NCBI GenBank assembly: GCA_963708075.1
Contig: OY970194.1
Coordinates: 1-64,000, forward strand
DNA from: Sedimentisphaerales bacterium
Lineage (GTDB): Bacteria; Planctomycetota; Phycisphaerae; Sedimentisphaerales; Anaerobacaceae
DNA: 64,000 nt
Direction: 5' to 3'
In this document: positions 41,252 through 52,600 of the stretch, one piece after another
How the letters are laid out: each line of letters starts with the position of its first letter
How positions within the stretch are numbered: the first letter of the stretch is position 1
Made by a program: the position numbers and the translations under genes
The notes under the pieces: generated by a model
Told to the model about the DNA's origin: nothing
Seen by the model: only the letters and a program-made list of their open reading frames with translations
Database searches by the model: none

Positions 41252-43026
41252 ATGCGATTACGGACCACACTTGCGACACTGGCTTGCTTGTTCCTCTGCG
41301 AGACCCTTTGCCTTGGACAGGCTAAACTCGCGGATATCCCACGCCTCATCGAGGAGTCCGCGCGTCCGGGGCTGCGCATAACCGAGACGGGAGAAGAGGT
41401 TGCCAAAAGCATCCAAAGACTTGGGCCCGAGGCCATCCCGTACCTGTTGCCTCTGTTGAAACATGAGAACTGGTGTGTTCGCAGACTGACAGCTTACACT
41501 CTTGGCGGCGTGGACGGACTGCGCGATGAGCATCTGGACGCGCTGATAGAATTGAGACTCACGGGGGACGAGTGGATACTTCCTGCTATCGCCAGGGTCG
41601 GGACACCCAGAGCAATCAGGTTCCTTGTCGATGAGTTGAAAAAGGAAGAACGCAGGAATTCACACGTCTTTGCGCCAGTAGAGAGACACAGGTCGCATCT
41701 GTCTTCATACGGCAACTTGGTGAAAGAGGAGTCCCCTATCTCGTCGAGTTGATCAAGAGCGGGGCCGTCGACGGGTGGCTTTTCACCTCGATCGTCTCTG
41801 TCTTCGACCAATTGGGAGATAAGGCGGAATCCGCGATTGATCCTCTCATCGAATTCGCGGCCGACAGACGAGGGGATGTGAATGCCAGGGGGTGGGCTGT
41901 ACTGGTCCTCGGTGCGATTGACAAGAAGACGCATCGCTCCCTGCCTACTCTGTTGGCGTTGGAGAGGGACGAGCCCGAGAATTTTGGGATAGCCGTGAAT
42001 GAGGCGCTCTTGGACATGTGTGTGCCTGAGGCCGTTCCGGGCCTGCTGAAGCGTCTGGAAGCCAAGCCGGACCGATTCACCTTCTCTGCCTTTGAGAGAC
42101 TCGGAGAAAACGGCAAGACAGCGGGGCCTGCGCTTGTTCCTTATCTGTCCTCCAACGACTGGGACATAAGGATCAATGCTGCGAAGGCGATGGGTCGCAT
42201 CGGGTATAGCGAAGGGATTCCCCATCTCATCAAGCTCCTCAAGACAGAGGACGATTGGAGGCTGGTTTACGTCTCGGCGGAATCGCTGGGTCGCCTGCAC
42301 GCGGTGGAAGCCATCCAGGCGCTGACCGATGTCTCGAAAGGGCACTGGTATCGGCACGTTCGACTGGCCGCCGAAAGAGCCATTCTCGTGATCCAGGGCC
42401 AGATCACCTATGCGCCACAAGACCGAGAGGCCAAGGCCGTGCTCGTGCCCGCTGACTTTGTGGGCATCGAGATGTTTGATGAGGCCTCGCGTGAACCGAA
42501 TCTGTGGAGGAATCATCCGCCTTATGTCGATCAGCCGGATCATCTGGACAAAGAACAATTGAGGAGACTCGCGTACAAGGCACAGATAGGCTACCTTGAT
42601 CCGAACGCAGAAGGAGGGATCATGAAACCGTCTTTCAGGACAGTCGAACAGGTCCCGGAAGTCGGTATCCAGGTGGCCGACGGCTACCTGCTTGGTTCCG
42701 ACAGGGGTGAGTTCGGCGGGGAACTGGTCTTTGTCGACTCTTCCGGGAGACAGACAACTCTGTTGAGTGAGAACGTCCACGAGATTTGCGCAATGCCGTT
42801 CGGCATCGTCGCGGTCACCGGCCTATCGCACCTCGGGATGGGCGGGGGAAACCTGTTCAAAGTCTGGAAGGGGGATGATGGTGCCTGGCGGACCAGTAGG
42901 TGGAGAATCCTCCCGGACGCTCCATCGACCGCGGGTATGCTCGCCAGCGGGAATCTGTACGTCGGGTGCTACCGAGGGAGCGTGGAGGTCTCTCCATCGG
43001 GGGACATCAAAATGGCCAGAGAATAA
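41252..43026 (+). CDS. Secreted HEAT-repeat protein (one frameshift near 41640)
   Basis: Signal peptide; repeats of IP.L..LL....VR..AA..LG. One extra A in the A5 run at 41639 joins ORFs 41204 and 41749. Confidence 0.75.
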
Positions 43027-43120
43027 GCAAGAGCGGTGAAGCTACCAGAACGCCAAAGCGCATTGACGGACACATCTCATAGTAGCAGTACTGCTCGTCC
43101 GCATGTCACGATGCCCTGGA

Positions 43121-44071
43121 TCACTCGTCGATCACGCCTTCCAGCAATCGCTCGTAGAATTCGGCGTATTTGTCCTTATCGGGCGTTTCGCGATAAGCAA
43201 TCGCGGCTCGCGGGTGCTCGTTGAGAATTCCCGTCAGCATGTAGGGGATGATATAGCCCCATTCGATCTGCTCGCGCAGGGGGAGCATGTAGTCCTGGAT
43301 GAACTTCAGAATCGGGCTGAGGTTGAACTTTGGATTCTTCAGGAAGCCCATGAGCAGCTCAAGGCAGCAGTTGCCCGGCCCGCGGCCGATGCCGAAGAGC
43401 GACGCGTCGAGGTAATTCGCGTTGTGGATGATGGCCTCGATCGTGTTGGAGAACGCAAGCTGTTGGTTGTTGTGCGCGTGGATGCCGATCTCCTTGCCCG
43501 GCACGTGCTCCTTGTACAGCTTCACGAGGTACTCGATCTGCTCACAGTAGAGGGCGCCGTAGCTGTCCACGACGTATACGCAATCGACGTTCGTCCTGGC
43601 GAGCTGGTCCAGCGCCTCGATCATCGCGAACTCGCTCTCTTTCGAGATGGCCATGATATTGACGCAGGTTTCGTAGCCAAGGTCTTTGGTTCGCTTCGCC
43701 AGATCAATCGCCTTGTCGATGTCCTTCACGTAGGTGGCGACCCGGATCATATCGACCGGGCTTTCATCGGCCGGGGCGAAGGCCTGCTCGCGGACACGAT
43801 GGGCGTCCACCATGATGCTGATCTTCATGTTGGATTCGATGCCGTCGGTGATCTCGCGGATCTTCTCGTCATCGCAGTACTTCCAGGCGCCGAACTCCTT
43901 CGTCGGGCAGAGTTCCTTGCTGCTGCGATAGCCCAGCTCCATGTAGTCGATGCCGCTCCTGGAAAGCGCCCGGTAGGCCTCGCGGACGAATTCGTCGCTG
44001 AAGCAGTGGTTGTTGATGAGGCCACCATCCCTGATCGTACAATCGAGCACCTTGATTTGCGGTCTGTACAT
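43121..44071 (-). CDS. DRE-TIM/HMGL-like aldolase (4-hydroxy-2-oxovalerate aldolase-like catalytic domain)
   Basis: LDCTIRDGG, VDSYG, HAHNN, GIGRGPGN. Confidence 0.85.
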   Translation of the reverse strand: MYRPQIKVLDCTIRDGGLINNHCFSDEFVREAYRALSRSGIDYMELGYRSSKELCPTKEFGAWKYCDDEKIREITDGIESNMKISIMVDAHRVREQAFAPADESPVDMIRVATYVKDIDKAIDLAKRTKDLGYETCVNIMAISKESEFAMIEALDQLARTNVDCVYVVDSYGALYCEQIEYLVKLYKEHVPGKEIGIHAHNNQQLAFSNTIEAIIHNANYLDASLFGIGRGPGNCCLELLMGFLKNPKFNLSPILKFIQDYMLPLREQIEWGYIIPYMLTGILNEHPRAAIAYRETPDKDKYAEFYERLLEGVIDE

Positions 44072-44094
44072 GGATCACCTTAACATTGATTAGG

Positions 44095-44190
44095 GATTAT
44101 TGATGATTGATGATTTGCCGTCATGGATTCCGGCAAGCACACTTGCCCCGTTGACACAAATCACCCATCATCCATTATCAATCATCAATC
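44095..44190. repeat. Inverted array of short ATTGATG/CATCAAT repeats
   Basis: GATTATTGATGATTGATGATTTG faces CAAATCA...TTATCAATCATCAATC and includes the aroB stop. Confidence 0.55.
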
Positions 44191-45274
44191 CGAGAATCTT
44201 CTCCACAACATCGCGGCTGACTTGGACGGCATACTGGCCGTCCTCGCAGTGTACCTGCCCGATCTTATCGATCAGGACGAATCGCGGCCACTGGTCCACC
44301 GCCTTCTTGTCGTGCTTCATTACGTCAAGCAACTTGTTATCGGCCAAATTCCGAGGCAGTTTCACTGGGACCTGGAGTTTCTCAAGCATCATCCGCACCC
44401 GGTCGAGCCGGCCGGGGTCGGAGAGCCCCAGCTCGATTTCAATCAGGCCGGCGGCCACGATCCCTATGGCGACGGCCTCGCCGTGAAGAAGGGCGTAGTC
44501 GCTCGCCGCTTCTACGGCGTGCCCAATCGTATGGCCGTAGTTGAGGATTCTTCGCTTGTTCTTCTCATACGGATCTTCCTCTACGACCCGGCCTTTGATC
44601 GTGCAGTTATATCGCGCCACCTCCTCAAGGACATCGGTCTGTCGTGCGAGGATCGCATCGAGATGGCCTTCGAGGAACTCGAAATACTCGTGGCTGGCGA
44701 TCAGGCCGTGCTTGACCGATTCGACTAATCCGGCCCGATATTGCCGCTCATCCAATGTCTTGAGCACCGCCACGTCAACATAAACGGCGGCAGGGTGCCA
44801 GAACGTCCCGAACGCGTTCTTGCTGATGCTGGAATCCACGCCGGTCTTGCCGCCGATGGCGGAATCGGCCTGTGCGACGGTGGTCGTCGGCACGTGCACG
44901 ACCGGGATGCCGCGCTTGAAGATCGCGGCGGCAAAGCCGGCAATGTCACCCACCGTCCCGCCGCCCAGGGCGACCATCAGGGTATCACGGCCCAGAAAGA
45001 GTTTCTCCATCGCCTCGACGATGGCGACGGCCGTGTCGATCTTCTTGGAAACCTCGCCCGCCGGTTGGATGACGAAGTGCGGAATCCGTCTGCCGCCGAT
45101 CAATGCGGCCAGATGCCCCGCGGCGACAACGTTCTCGTCCGTGACGATGAACTTGTTCTGCTTGGCATGCGCAGCTTTGATCTGCGGCCAGACCGAAGGC
45201 AGTATGCCTGAGCCGATAACGATCCGGTACCGCCTATCGGCAGTCCCCGGAACTCTGATTTCAATTTCCTGCAT
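44168..45274 (-). CDS. aroB: 3-dehydroquinate synthase
   Basis: GE..K, ALGGGTVGD, PTT..AQ.DS.IGGKTG, E.VKHG, LNYGHTIGHA.E, HGEAV, DKK. Confidence 0.93.
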   Translation of the reverse strand: MQEIEIRVPGTADRRYRIVIGSGILPSVWPQIKAAHAKQNKFIVTDENVVAAGHLAALIGGRRIPHFVIQPAGEVSKKIDTAVAIVEAMEKLFLGRDTLMVALGGGTVGDIAGFAAAIFKRGIPVVHVPTTTVAQADSAIGGKTGVDSSISKNAFGTFWHPAAVYVDVAVLKTLDERQYRAGLVESVKHGLIASHEYFEFLEGHLDAILARQTDVLEEVARYNCTIKGRVVEEDPYEKNKRRILNYGHTIGHAVEAASDYALLHGEAVAIGIVAAGLIEIELGLSDPGRLDRVRMMLEKLQVPVKLPRNLADNKLLDVMKHDKKAVDQWPRFVLIDKIGQVHCEDGQYAVQVSRDVVEKILGLMIDNG

Positions 45275-45394
45275 AGCCCGATTTCACAGTGTGATCTGCA
45301 GCCTGAATATGCGAACACGCCTACCCTGCAAGAGCAGAAACTATGAATGGTAGCTGATTTGCCCGAAAAATGCAATACCGAACCGGGGGCTTCA

Positions 45395-46617
45395 TAGGGC
45401 TATCGCATCTAAATTGAGCCTTTGTAGGTGTGGTTTCGTATTCTTCTCAGAAGCAAGACACTCAGATTAGAGAGGAATACGTTCTTGATGAGCAAGTCGA
45501 TTTGGGATCATTTTGCCGCGGTTCCTGATCCTCGCGTGGAGCGGACGAAACGGCATGAATTACAGGATATTCTGGTCATTGGCGTCTGTGCCGTGATCTG
45601 CGGGGCTGAGCACTGGACGGACGTAGAGATGTTCGGCAACGTCAACGAGGAATGGTTTGGCACGTTTCTGGACCTGCCCAATGGCATTCCATCGCATGAT
45701 ACCTTTGGTCGGGTCTTTGCCGCCCTGGACCCGGATGCGTTTGAAGCGGTCATGCAGGCGTTTGTGGCGGATCTGGCCGGCAGCAGCCGGGGCAAGCACA
45801 TCGCCATCGACGGCAAGACCCTGCGAAACAGCTTTGATCGGGTCCGTGCCAAAGGCCCGTTGCACATGGTCAGTGCCTGGGTCCACGAGAACTGCGTGGC
45901 TTTCGGCCAACGGGCGGTCGATGCCAAGAGCAATGAGATCACCGCGATCCCGGAGTTGCTCAAGCTGCTCGACGTGGAGGAGGCAACCATCACGATTGAC
46001 GCCATGGGTTGTCAAAAGGAGATCGCCGAGCAGATCGTCGATCAGGGCGGCGACTATGTGCTGGCCCTCAAGGCTAACCAAGGGACTCTGTACGAGGATG
46101 CCCGGATGTACATGGAGGACGGCATCGCCCACGGGTTTGCCGGCGAGCAGGACTTCTGGGAAACCGTGGAAAAAGGCCATGGACGACTGGAAACCCGCCG
46201 GGTGTGGACTACCAGCGATGTGGGATGGCTGCAAGGGCGTCACGACTGGCCGGGTCTGGGCAGCCTCACGGCCATCGAGCGAGAGCGTCAGGTCAACGGC
46301 CAGTGCGAACGAAAGCGACACTACTTCATCAGCTCCCATCCGGGACACTGTGCCCAGCGTCTGGGGACATTGATTCGCCATCACTGGTCCGTGGAGGTCC
46401 AGTTGCACTGGTCGCTGGACGTGAGTTTCCATGAGGACGCCAGTCGAGTCCGAGTGGCCAACGCCGCCGAGAACTTCTCGCGATTGCGTCGAATCGCCCT
46501 GATGCTGCTCAAGCAGGAGAAGACGGCCAAGGGCGGCATCGCCGCCAAACGCCTCCGAGCCGGCTGGGACCGAGACTACCTGCTTAAGGTCCTTGGCATT
46601 TAGATGCGATAGCCCTG
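45395..46617 (+). mobile_element. Complete ISAs1-family insertion sequence (1223 bp)
   Basis: 20-bp TIRs (T/C)AGGGCTATCGCATCTAAAT matching 19/20; 10-bp TSD GGGGGCTTCA at 45385-45394 and 46618-46627. Confidence 0.95.
45488..46603 (+). CDS. ISAs1 family transposase
   Basis: [55 protein letters not shown]. Confidence 0.95.
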   Translation: MSKSIWDHFAAVPDPRVERTKRHELQDILVIGVCAVICGAEHWTDVEMFGNVNEEWFGTFLDLPNGIPSHDTFGRVFAALDPDAFEAVMQAFVADLAGSSRGKHIAIDGKTLRNSFDRVRAKGPLHMVSAWVHENCVAFGQRAVDAKSNEITAIPELLKLLDVEEATITIDAMGCQKEIAEQIVDQGGDYVLALKANQGTLYEDARMYMEDGIAHGFAGEQDFWETVEKGHGRLETRRVWTTSDVGWLQGRHDWPGLGSLTAIERERQVNGQCERKRHYFISSHPGHCAQRLGTLIRHHWSVEVQLHWSLDVSFHEDASRVRVANAAENFSRLRRIALMLLKQEKTAKGGIAAKRLRAGWDRDYLLKVLGI

Positions 46618-46675
46618 GGGGGCTTCACGTTCCCGTGGGTGCGGTCGATATTCGATGGCGGGTTTCGGCGGCGCT

Positions 46676-46777
46676 GTAGGACGAGCGTCCTCGCTCGTCC
46701 CTGCTCGGCATATCCTTGGACCGCATCCTCGGCAACCGCCGGTGTTCACAACGGGCGAGCGGGGACGCTCGTCCTAC
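46676..46777. repeat. GTAG-type REP doublet (REPIN-like)
   Basis: GTAGGACGAGCGTCCTCGCTCGTCC at 46676-46700 and an inverted copy at 46753-46777 (23/25 identical). Confidence 0.85.
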
Positions 46778-46798
46778 GAGGAGAAGCACTGGCTGCCA

Positions 46799-48316
46799 CG
46801 AATGGCATGAAGATAAGCGATAAGTCTTTGTGGAGCAAGGGGTTGACAAGAAGGCCTCCTGTATCTTGTTTGGGTTGGTAGTAGACAAGACAACTCAAGC
46901 AGAAAGGAGGCCATCAATGGCAAGGATAGTCTACTGGCGGGACCTTCTCAAGAACGATTTGTGGGGCCGTGTTGCTCTGTTAGGCGATGCGCTATCTACG
47001 GGTATCGTCGTGGTGCCGGAGGATTACCACTGGCGAGATCGCATCTGGAATCCCATGACGACATTCTGGACGTTTCTGATTCAGGTTCTGCACCCTGGGT
47101 CCGCGTGCCGGGAGGCGGTCGCTTTGATGCTGGCTGAGCAGGCCGATACATCCGAACGGCGTATTTCCCCCGACGCCAGCGCCTATTGTCAAGCTCGCCA
47201 GCGTGTGCCGCTGTCGGTCTTCGTAGCGGCTCTACGGAACGTCGGCCGCTGCTTTGAGGACAAGGTCCTGCCGGAGTTGCTCTGGCATGGTCGGCGGGTT
47301 CGAGTCGTTGATGGCTCCAGTTGTTCGATGCCGGATACGCCGGAACTGCAAACCGAGTTTGGCCAACCCGACGCCCAGAAGCAGGGCTGCGGGTTTCCAG
47401 TGGCCCGAATGGTGGTGCTGTTCTGCTGGGCCATGGGGGCCATCCTGGACGTTGCGATCGGGGCGTATCGCAGTTCGGAATTAACGCTTGTGGGCCAACT
47501 CTGGGGACGGCTAAAGGAACGCGACATTGTCTTGGCGGATCGGTTCTACTGTACGTACGTGGTCGTGGCCGAGTTGCTCAGGCGTGGCTGCGATGCGGTG
47601 TTTCGCCTGCACGGGGCGCGTTCCCGTACGATGGACTTTCGCAAGGGCAAATGCCTGGGTCGTCAGGATCGGCTGATGACGTGGGATCGGCCCATGATTC
47701 GACCGCGGGGTCTGTCTCGCAAGCAATGGATGTCTCTGCCGGAGCACATCACTGTTCGGGTGATTCGCTTTTGTCCCCAGATTCCCGGATTTCGAAGCCG
47801 GACGATCATGGTCGCCACGACGCTGGTGGATGCTGTGGCCTATCCGTTGGAGGAGATCGCCCGTTTGTACGGGGATCGCTGGACCGTCGAGTTGCGGTTG
47901 AGGGACGTTCAGACGACCTTGCAGATGCATATCCTTCGCGGCAAGAGTGCGGATATCATCCGCAAGGAAATCCTCATGCATCTGGTGGCGTACAATCTGA
48001 TTCGAGCTTTGATGTGGCAAGCCGCCCGGCAGCATGGACAGTTTCTGCACCGGCTGAGTTTTGCCGGCACCGTTGCACGGGTGAACGCCATAGCTCCCTA
48101 TCTCTGGTTCCACGCGAGAACACGCCGGGCCCGTGTTGTCTACTCGCTGCTGCTGGAATGGATCGCTCGTGACAAACTGCCGGACCGTCCCCACCGCATC
48201 GAACCTCGGGCCGTCAAACGCAGACCCAAGAAATACACCCGACTAAACAGACCCAGACATGAACTGCAACAGATTCTCTTGAAGGCCACCGGATGACCTT
48301 ATCTTCATGCCATTCG
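46799..48316 (+). mobile_element. Complete IS4-family insertion sequence (1518 bp)
   Basis: Perfect 19-bp TIR CGAATGGCATGAAGATAAG; 9-bp TSD TGGCTGCCA at 46790-46798 and 48317-48325. Confidence 0.95.
46917..48296 (+). CDS. IS4 family transposase
   Basis: AAGGAGG SD; SAYCQAR.R, VDGS, LADR.Y, YGDRWTVE signature, EPRAVKRRPK. Confidence 0.93.
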   Translation: MARIVYWRDLLKNDLWGRVALLGDALSTGIVVVPEDYHWRDRIWNPMTTFWTFLIQVLHPGSACREAVALMLAEQADTSERRISPDASAYCQARQRVPLSVFVAALRNVGRCFEDKVLPELLWHGRRVRVVDGSSCSMPDTPELQTEFGQPDAQKQGCGFPVARMVVLFCWAMGAILDVAIGAYRSSELTLVGQLWGRLKERDIVLADRFYCTYVVVAELLRRGCDAVFRLHGARSRTMDFRKGKCLGRQDRLMTWDRPMIRPRGLSRKQWMSLPEHITVRVIRFCPQIPGFRSRTIMVATTLVDAVAYPLEEIARLYGDRWTVELRLRDVQTTLQMHILRGKSADIIRKEILMHLVAYNLIRALMWQAARQHGQFLHRLSFAGTVARVNAIAPYLWFHARTRRARVVYSLLLEWIARDKLPDRPHRIEPRAVKRRPKKYTRLNRPRHELQQILLKATG

Positions 48317-48391
48317 TGGCTGCCACCGTATGCCGACCGCACTCGTTCCCGTTGCCGCTGGACGATGTGAACGCGCCGGCAGAAATCCCTG

Positions 48392-50713
48392 CTATTTACC
48401 GGGGGATGGGGGTGCTGCCTGCCAGTTGTTCGGGTCGTTGCCGTAGCGGGTCGGGTAGATACGGGTCAAGGCGAGCGCCTCACCATCGGCAGCCGTGGGC
48501 CAGGAATTGAGGCCGAACCAGTCGTACCGATAGGATACTGTATCGAAAATGACAAGTCCTTGTTCCAGTGATAGAGCAATGCCGTAGCCGAGCGATGCGA
48601 GATTGGTGTCGACCCGGAAGATTTCCACGCCGGGCGGAATGATGGAACCAAAGGCCGATTGCATTAGGTCCGGCCTGTCCGTGATCAACGCCCAGCCTTT
48701 GGCGGGTACGGTGATCGGGCCCTGCGCAGGATGCAAACTGGTGACAGAGCCGAGGCGTATTCCCGACGCTTGGACAGGGGAACTGCTGCTATTGTACAAT
48801 TCGAGGTATGCCCAGATGCGGCCGAGGGTGTCCTGGTAACGCAGGATCTCGCTGATGACGACAGGGCCAATCCACGGATATGCGTTGTCTGCGCCGGGGG
48901 TGGGGACGCTCAGGCGGATGAAATCCATCGTTCCGTCGCTCGTGATGTGCCGACCGAGCGTCTCGGTGTCATCGGCCTCTGGGAAATAGTCGAGGCACTG
49001 CTCCTGCCGCAGGCCGGTCAGCATGCCGCAATAGGCCGAGCGGAGGTACAAAGTCTCGCCCCCGCGGCTCAGCGCAAAGCGACTAAGGCATCCGGGGTCG
49101 GCAGAGTTGTCGAAATGCTTGTCCTGATAGAGCACAAGATAGCCATGCGGCTCGATGAAGGTGCCCGAGGCGATCTCATAGAGACCCGTGCCCCCAGCAT
49201 CGCTGAGACGCCAACCGCCAACATGGATTTGCCGATCCGTCATATTGTGCAGCTCGACCCAGTCATTGTTCGCGTGCGGTGACCAGGTTCGAGCCTCGTT
49301 GATGACGATAACGTCCTCGTCCAGGCGAGGCTGCGTTGGCGTTTCTATGGCAACAACGTCAGGGGGAACGATATACTCGTAGGCCCCCATGTCGATGACT
49401 CTACCCATGATCCTTGGGTAGCCGTCAAAGTCCGTCCGGAACGGGTCGGACAACATTTCCGACAGCCCGGCGTTGTAACAAGGGGAGGTCCCCATGAGTC
49501 GCAAGTTGTCATCGGCTGTTCCCGCGATGTTGTCGGGTCCATCCGCATCGATAAACTGCGGATCCCGGCCGTGGTTGGCCGCGTCGCCCCATTGTCCGGT
49601 CCAGTTCTGAACGCAGCAGTGGCGAAGGATCGGGGCGGCTGCGAACATCTGGCAGGTTCTCGCTGTCTCCTGCCTCGTCGCGATTGGCCCAGAGGATGCA
49701 GTTGAGCAGGTTGGGACCGTCCCGATCGTCACAGTAGATGGCGCCGCCCTCAAGCTCGGCGCTGTTTCCAACGAGCGTGCAGTTGAGCAGCGAGGGGAGC
49801 TCGTCCGTCCGTGTGCTGTAGATCGCGCCGCCGTTGTCATGGGCGGAGTTGCCTGTGAAGACGCAATTCACAATGGCGGCGGCATTCTCGCGGTGATAAA
49901 TCGCGCCACCGTTGGAGCGGGCGGTGTTGCCTGCAAAGAGGCAGGATACGATCCTCGGACAGCTCCCCGACCGGCTGAAGATGGCGCCGCCATTGTCGTT
50001 CGTTCGGTTCCGCTCGAATGTGCAGGCGATGATGATGGGGTGGCTCCCCTCATAGTTGGCGATAGCCCCGCCGTCATCCTTGCAGGAGTTGTTCACGAAG
50101 CGGCATTCGGTGATCACGGGACTGCTTCCCGCGAGGTTCAGGATGGCGCCGGCGTCCAGGCTGGCGGAGTTGTTCTCAAAGGTGCACCCTCGAATCGTGG
50201 GACTTGCGCCCGGCAAGCCATGACTCCGCCATCATCTCCCGAGAGGTCTCTGAAAGTGCAGTTCGCGAGGGTGGGCCGGCAGTGATAGATCTCCAGCAAG
50301 GGCTGGTTGTATTGCCCGGAGCCTTTGAAGACGCAGTCTTCGAGTGTGAAATCGTCCGTGTAAATGGTTATCTGCTCGCTATTGACGACCGTAATGCCCT
50401 TGATGGTCCCCGTTGGGCCGTCCACAAGGCGCGTGCCCCCGCAGTCCACGGTGCAGTTGGTGGGCCCATTCACGCTGCGCAGGGTGATGGTCTTGGCGCC
50501 AAGGTTGAGACTCACGTTTCCCGCTCCGGCATACGTGCCGTCGACGAGCTGGATGGTGTCGCCGGTGCCGGCGGCGTCGAGGGCCTGTTGGATCGTCGTG
50601 AAACCGCTGCCCTGGGGATCCACCGTAAGAATGGCCGTTTTCGCCGGGACCGCCCAGCCTAACGAACACACCAGAAACGCACCCACCATCAGTCTGCTAT
50701 CGCTCGCTCGCAT
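48392..50713 (-). CDS. Secreted beta-helix protein with two lamin-tail-like domains (two frameshifts, near 50210 and 49658)
   Basis: ORFs 50138-50713, 49509-50216 and 48392-49840 join into signal peptide, TIQQALDAA, GGAI repeats, IDMGAYE, then VIVINE..DWVELHN and VVISEI..YLELYN. Confidence 0.75.
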
Positions 50714-50945
50714 GTCTATTCCTCCTCAAGTCTGGACAGACTCTCAGCGGAAGCGGGAGCGATGCATCGGTGTGAATCCAGGTGGCGTGGGGTTCTCCCA
50801 CTTCCTACTACGTGCCATGATACGAAACATCACACTATACTGTCTTCGAGAAGAAGACGACAAATCCGTGCAAATGTTACAAAAAACAGGGGCATCTTTT
50901 GTCTCTTGCCTCGGAATCGTCCGGCGGCTATATGTGTGGGTTACC

Positions 50946-52600
50946 ATGACTTATCTGGCGGTACCTATCTCGGCAGAGGGTGTAGAGGCGGCCGGGCGGC
51001 AGATTGAAGCCGCTCTGTCGGCCGGGGCCCAGATGCTTGAACTTCGCATGGATTATCTCCAGCATCTTAGTGGGGATTCCGCGAAGAGACTGATTGCGCA
51101 GGTCAGAGAATCGAGCGGGGCCCGCGTGCCGGTGATTGCGACCTGCCGGGACCCGCGCGAGGGTGGAGCCAGACCCTATCCTGAAGAAACGCGGCTGGAA
51201 GTTCTGCTCGCGGCCCTTGAGGCGGGAGCGGATCTTGTCGATTTCGAGTTTGCCAACTTCACTCGCAAGGGAAATGCAGAGAAGGTCCGGGCAGCTCTTT
51301 CCGCCCACCCGAAGAGCCGGCTTATCCTGTCGGCACATGACTTCAAAGGCCCGTTCAGGAATATCCGCCGGCTCCACGGGGACATCGTGAAGGCCTGTCC
51401 CGAGGCCATACCCAAGCTCGTCTACATGGCCAACCACATCAACGAGTGTTTCGATGCATTCGACCTGCTCCACGAGACCAGCGGGGATCGCATCGTGCTG
51501 TGCATGGGCGCCCCGGCCTGATCAGCCGGATTCTCGCGAAGAAGTTCGACGCCTTTGTGACGTTTGCCAGCCTCGACGAGCAGGCCGCGACGGCGCCGGG
51601 ACAGTTGACCATCGCCACCCTCAAAGGGCTCTATCGGTACGACATTATCGATGCCGACACCGAGCTTTTCGGCGTGATCGGCGACCCGGTGGGCCATTCG
51701 CTCAGCCCGGCAATCCACAACGCGTGCTTTGCCAACCTGAACATGAACAAACTCTACCTGCCGCTGCACGTGCAGGGCGGGGGGGAACAACTTAATGCGT
51801 TTCTCGACGCGATCGTGGCTCGCCCGTGGCTCCATTTCCGTGGCTTCAGTGTGACGATCCCGCACAAGCACAGCCTGCTGGAATACGTGCACGAAAAGGG
51901 AGGCTTCATCGAGTCGCTCGCCGACCAGATCGGCGCTGCCAACACGCTGGTATGTGTAGCACCCCCGCCCTCGGGGGTGACGGGGATTCCCCAGCCGGGG
52001 GCGGCTGGGCTACATGGTCTTGCGGCGTACAACACCGACTACGCCGGTGCCCTGGACGCGATCACCGCCGGCATGGGCATCGAGCGCAAAAACCTGCGGG
52101 ATGTGCCCGTTGCGGTGGTCGGAGCAGGCGGCGTCTCCCGGGCCATCGTCGCAGGCCTGACCGACGCCGGGGCCAGAGTAACGATCTACAATCGCACCGT
52201 GGAACGCGCCAAGGAACTCGCCGCCGATTTCGGCTGCAAAGCCGCCGGTTTGGATGACCTGCCCCGACTTGACGCCAAGCTTCTGGTCAACTGCACAAGC
52301 ATCGGCATGCACCCCAACGTGAACGCAACGCCCGTCCCCGCCGAATCCATCAAGCCGGGCATGGTCGTCTTCGACACCATCTACAACCCTGCCGAGACCC
52401 TGCTCCTGAAACAGGCCAAAGCCAGAGGCGCCAAAACCATCGACGGCATCACCATGTTCGTCAACCAGGCCGCCGCCCAATTCAAGCTCTTCACAGGCCG
52501 TTCAGCGAGTGCGGGTCTTATGCGCAATACGATAGCGAAAGCCATGGTACTATCGGAGATAGGGAGAGAAGGTCGTTTCCCGAGGAGAGAGACATCATGA
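50946..52600 (+). CDS. aroE: Bifunctional type I 3-dehydroquinate dehydratase / shikimate dehydrogenase (one frameshift near 51512)
   Basis: ELRMD, TCR..EGG, SAHDF, APGQ; GDPVGHSLSP, SVTIPHK, GAANT, NTD, GAGG, NRT. One extra C in the C4 run restores the frame. Confidence 0.9.
51955..52014. repeat. GTAG REP doublet inserted in frame in aroE
   Basis: TGTAGC...GCTACA, 60 bp, two 8-bp hairpins. The right arm is the exact reverse complement of 47-70. Confidence 0.85.

Noticed and set aside
51500..51521. Programmed frameshift or readthrough between aroD and aroE
   Set aside because: No slippery heptamer. One missing C in a homopolymer explains it, as at other sites in the window.
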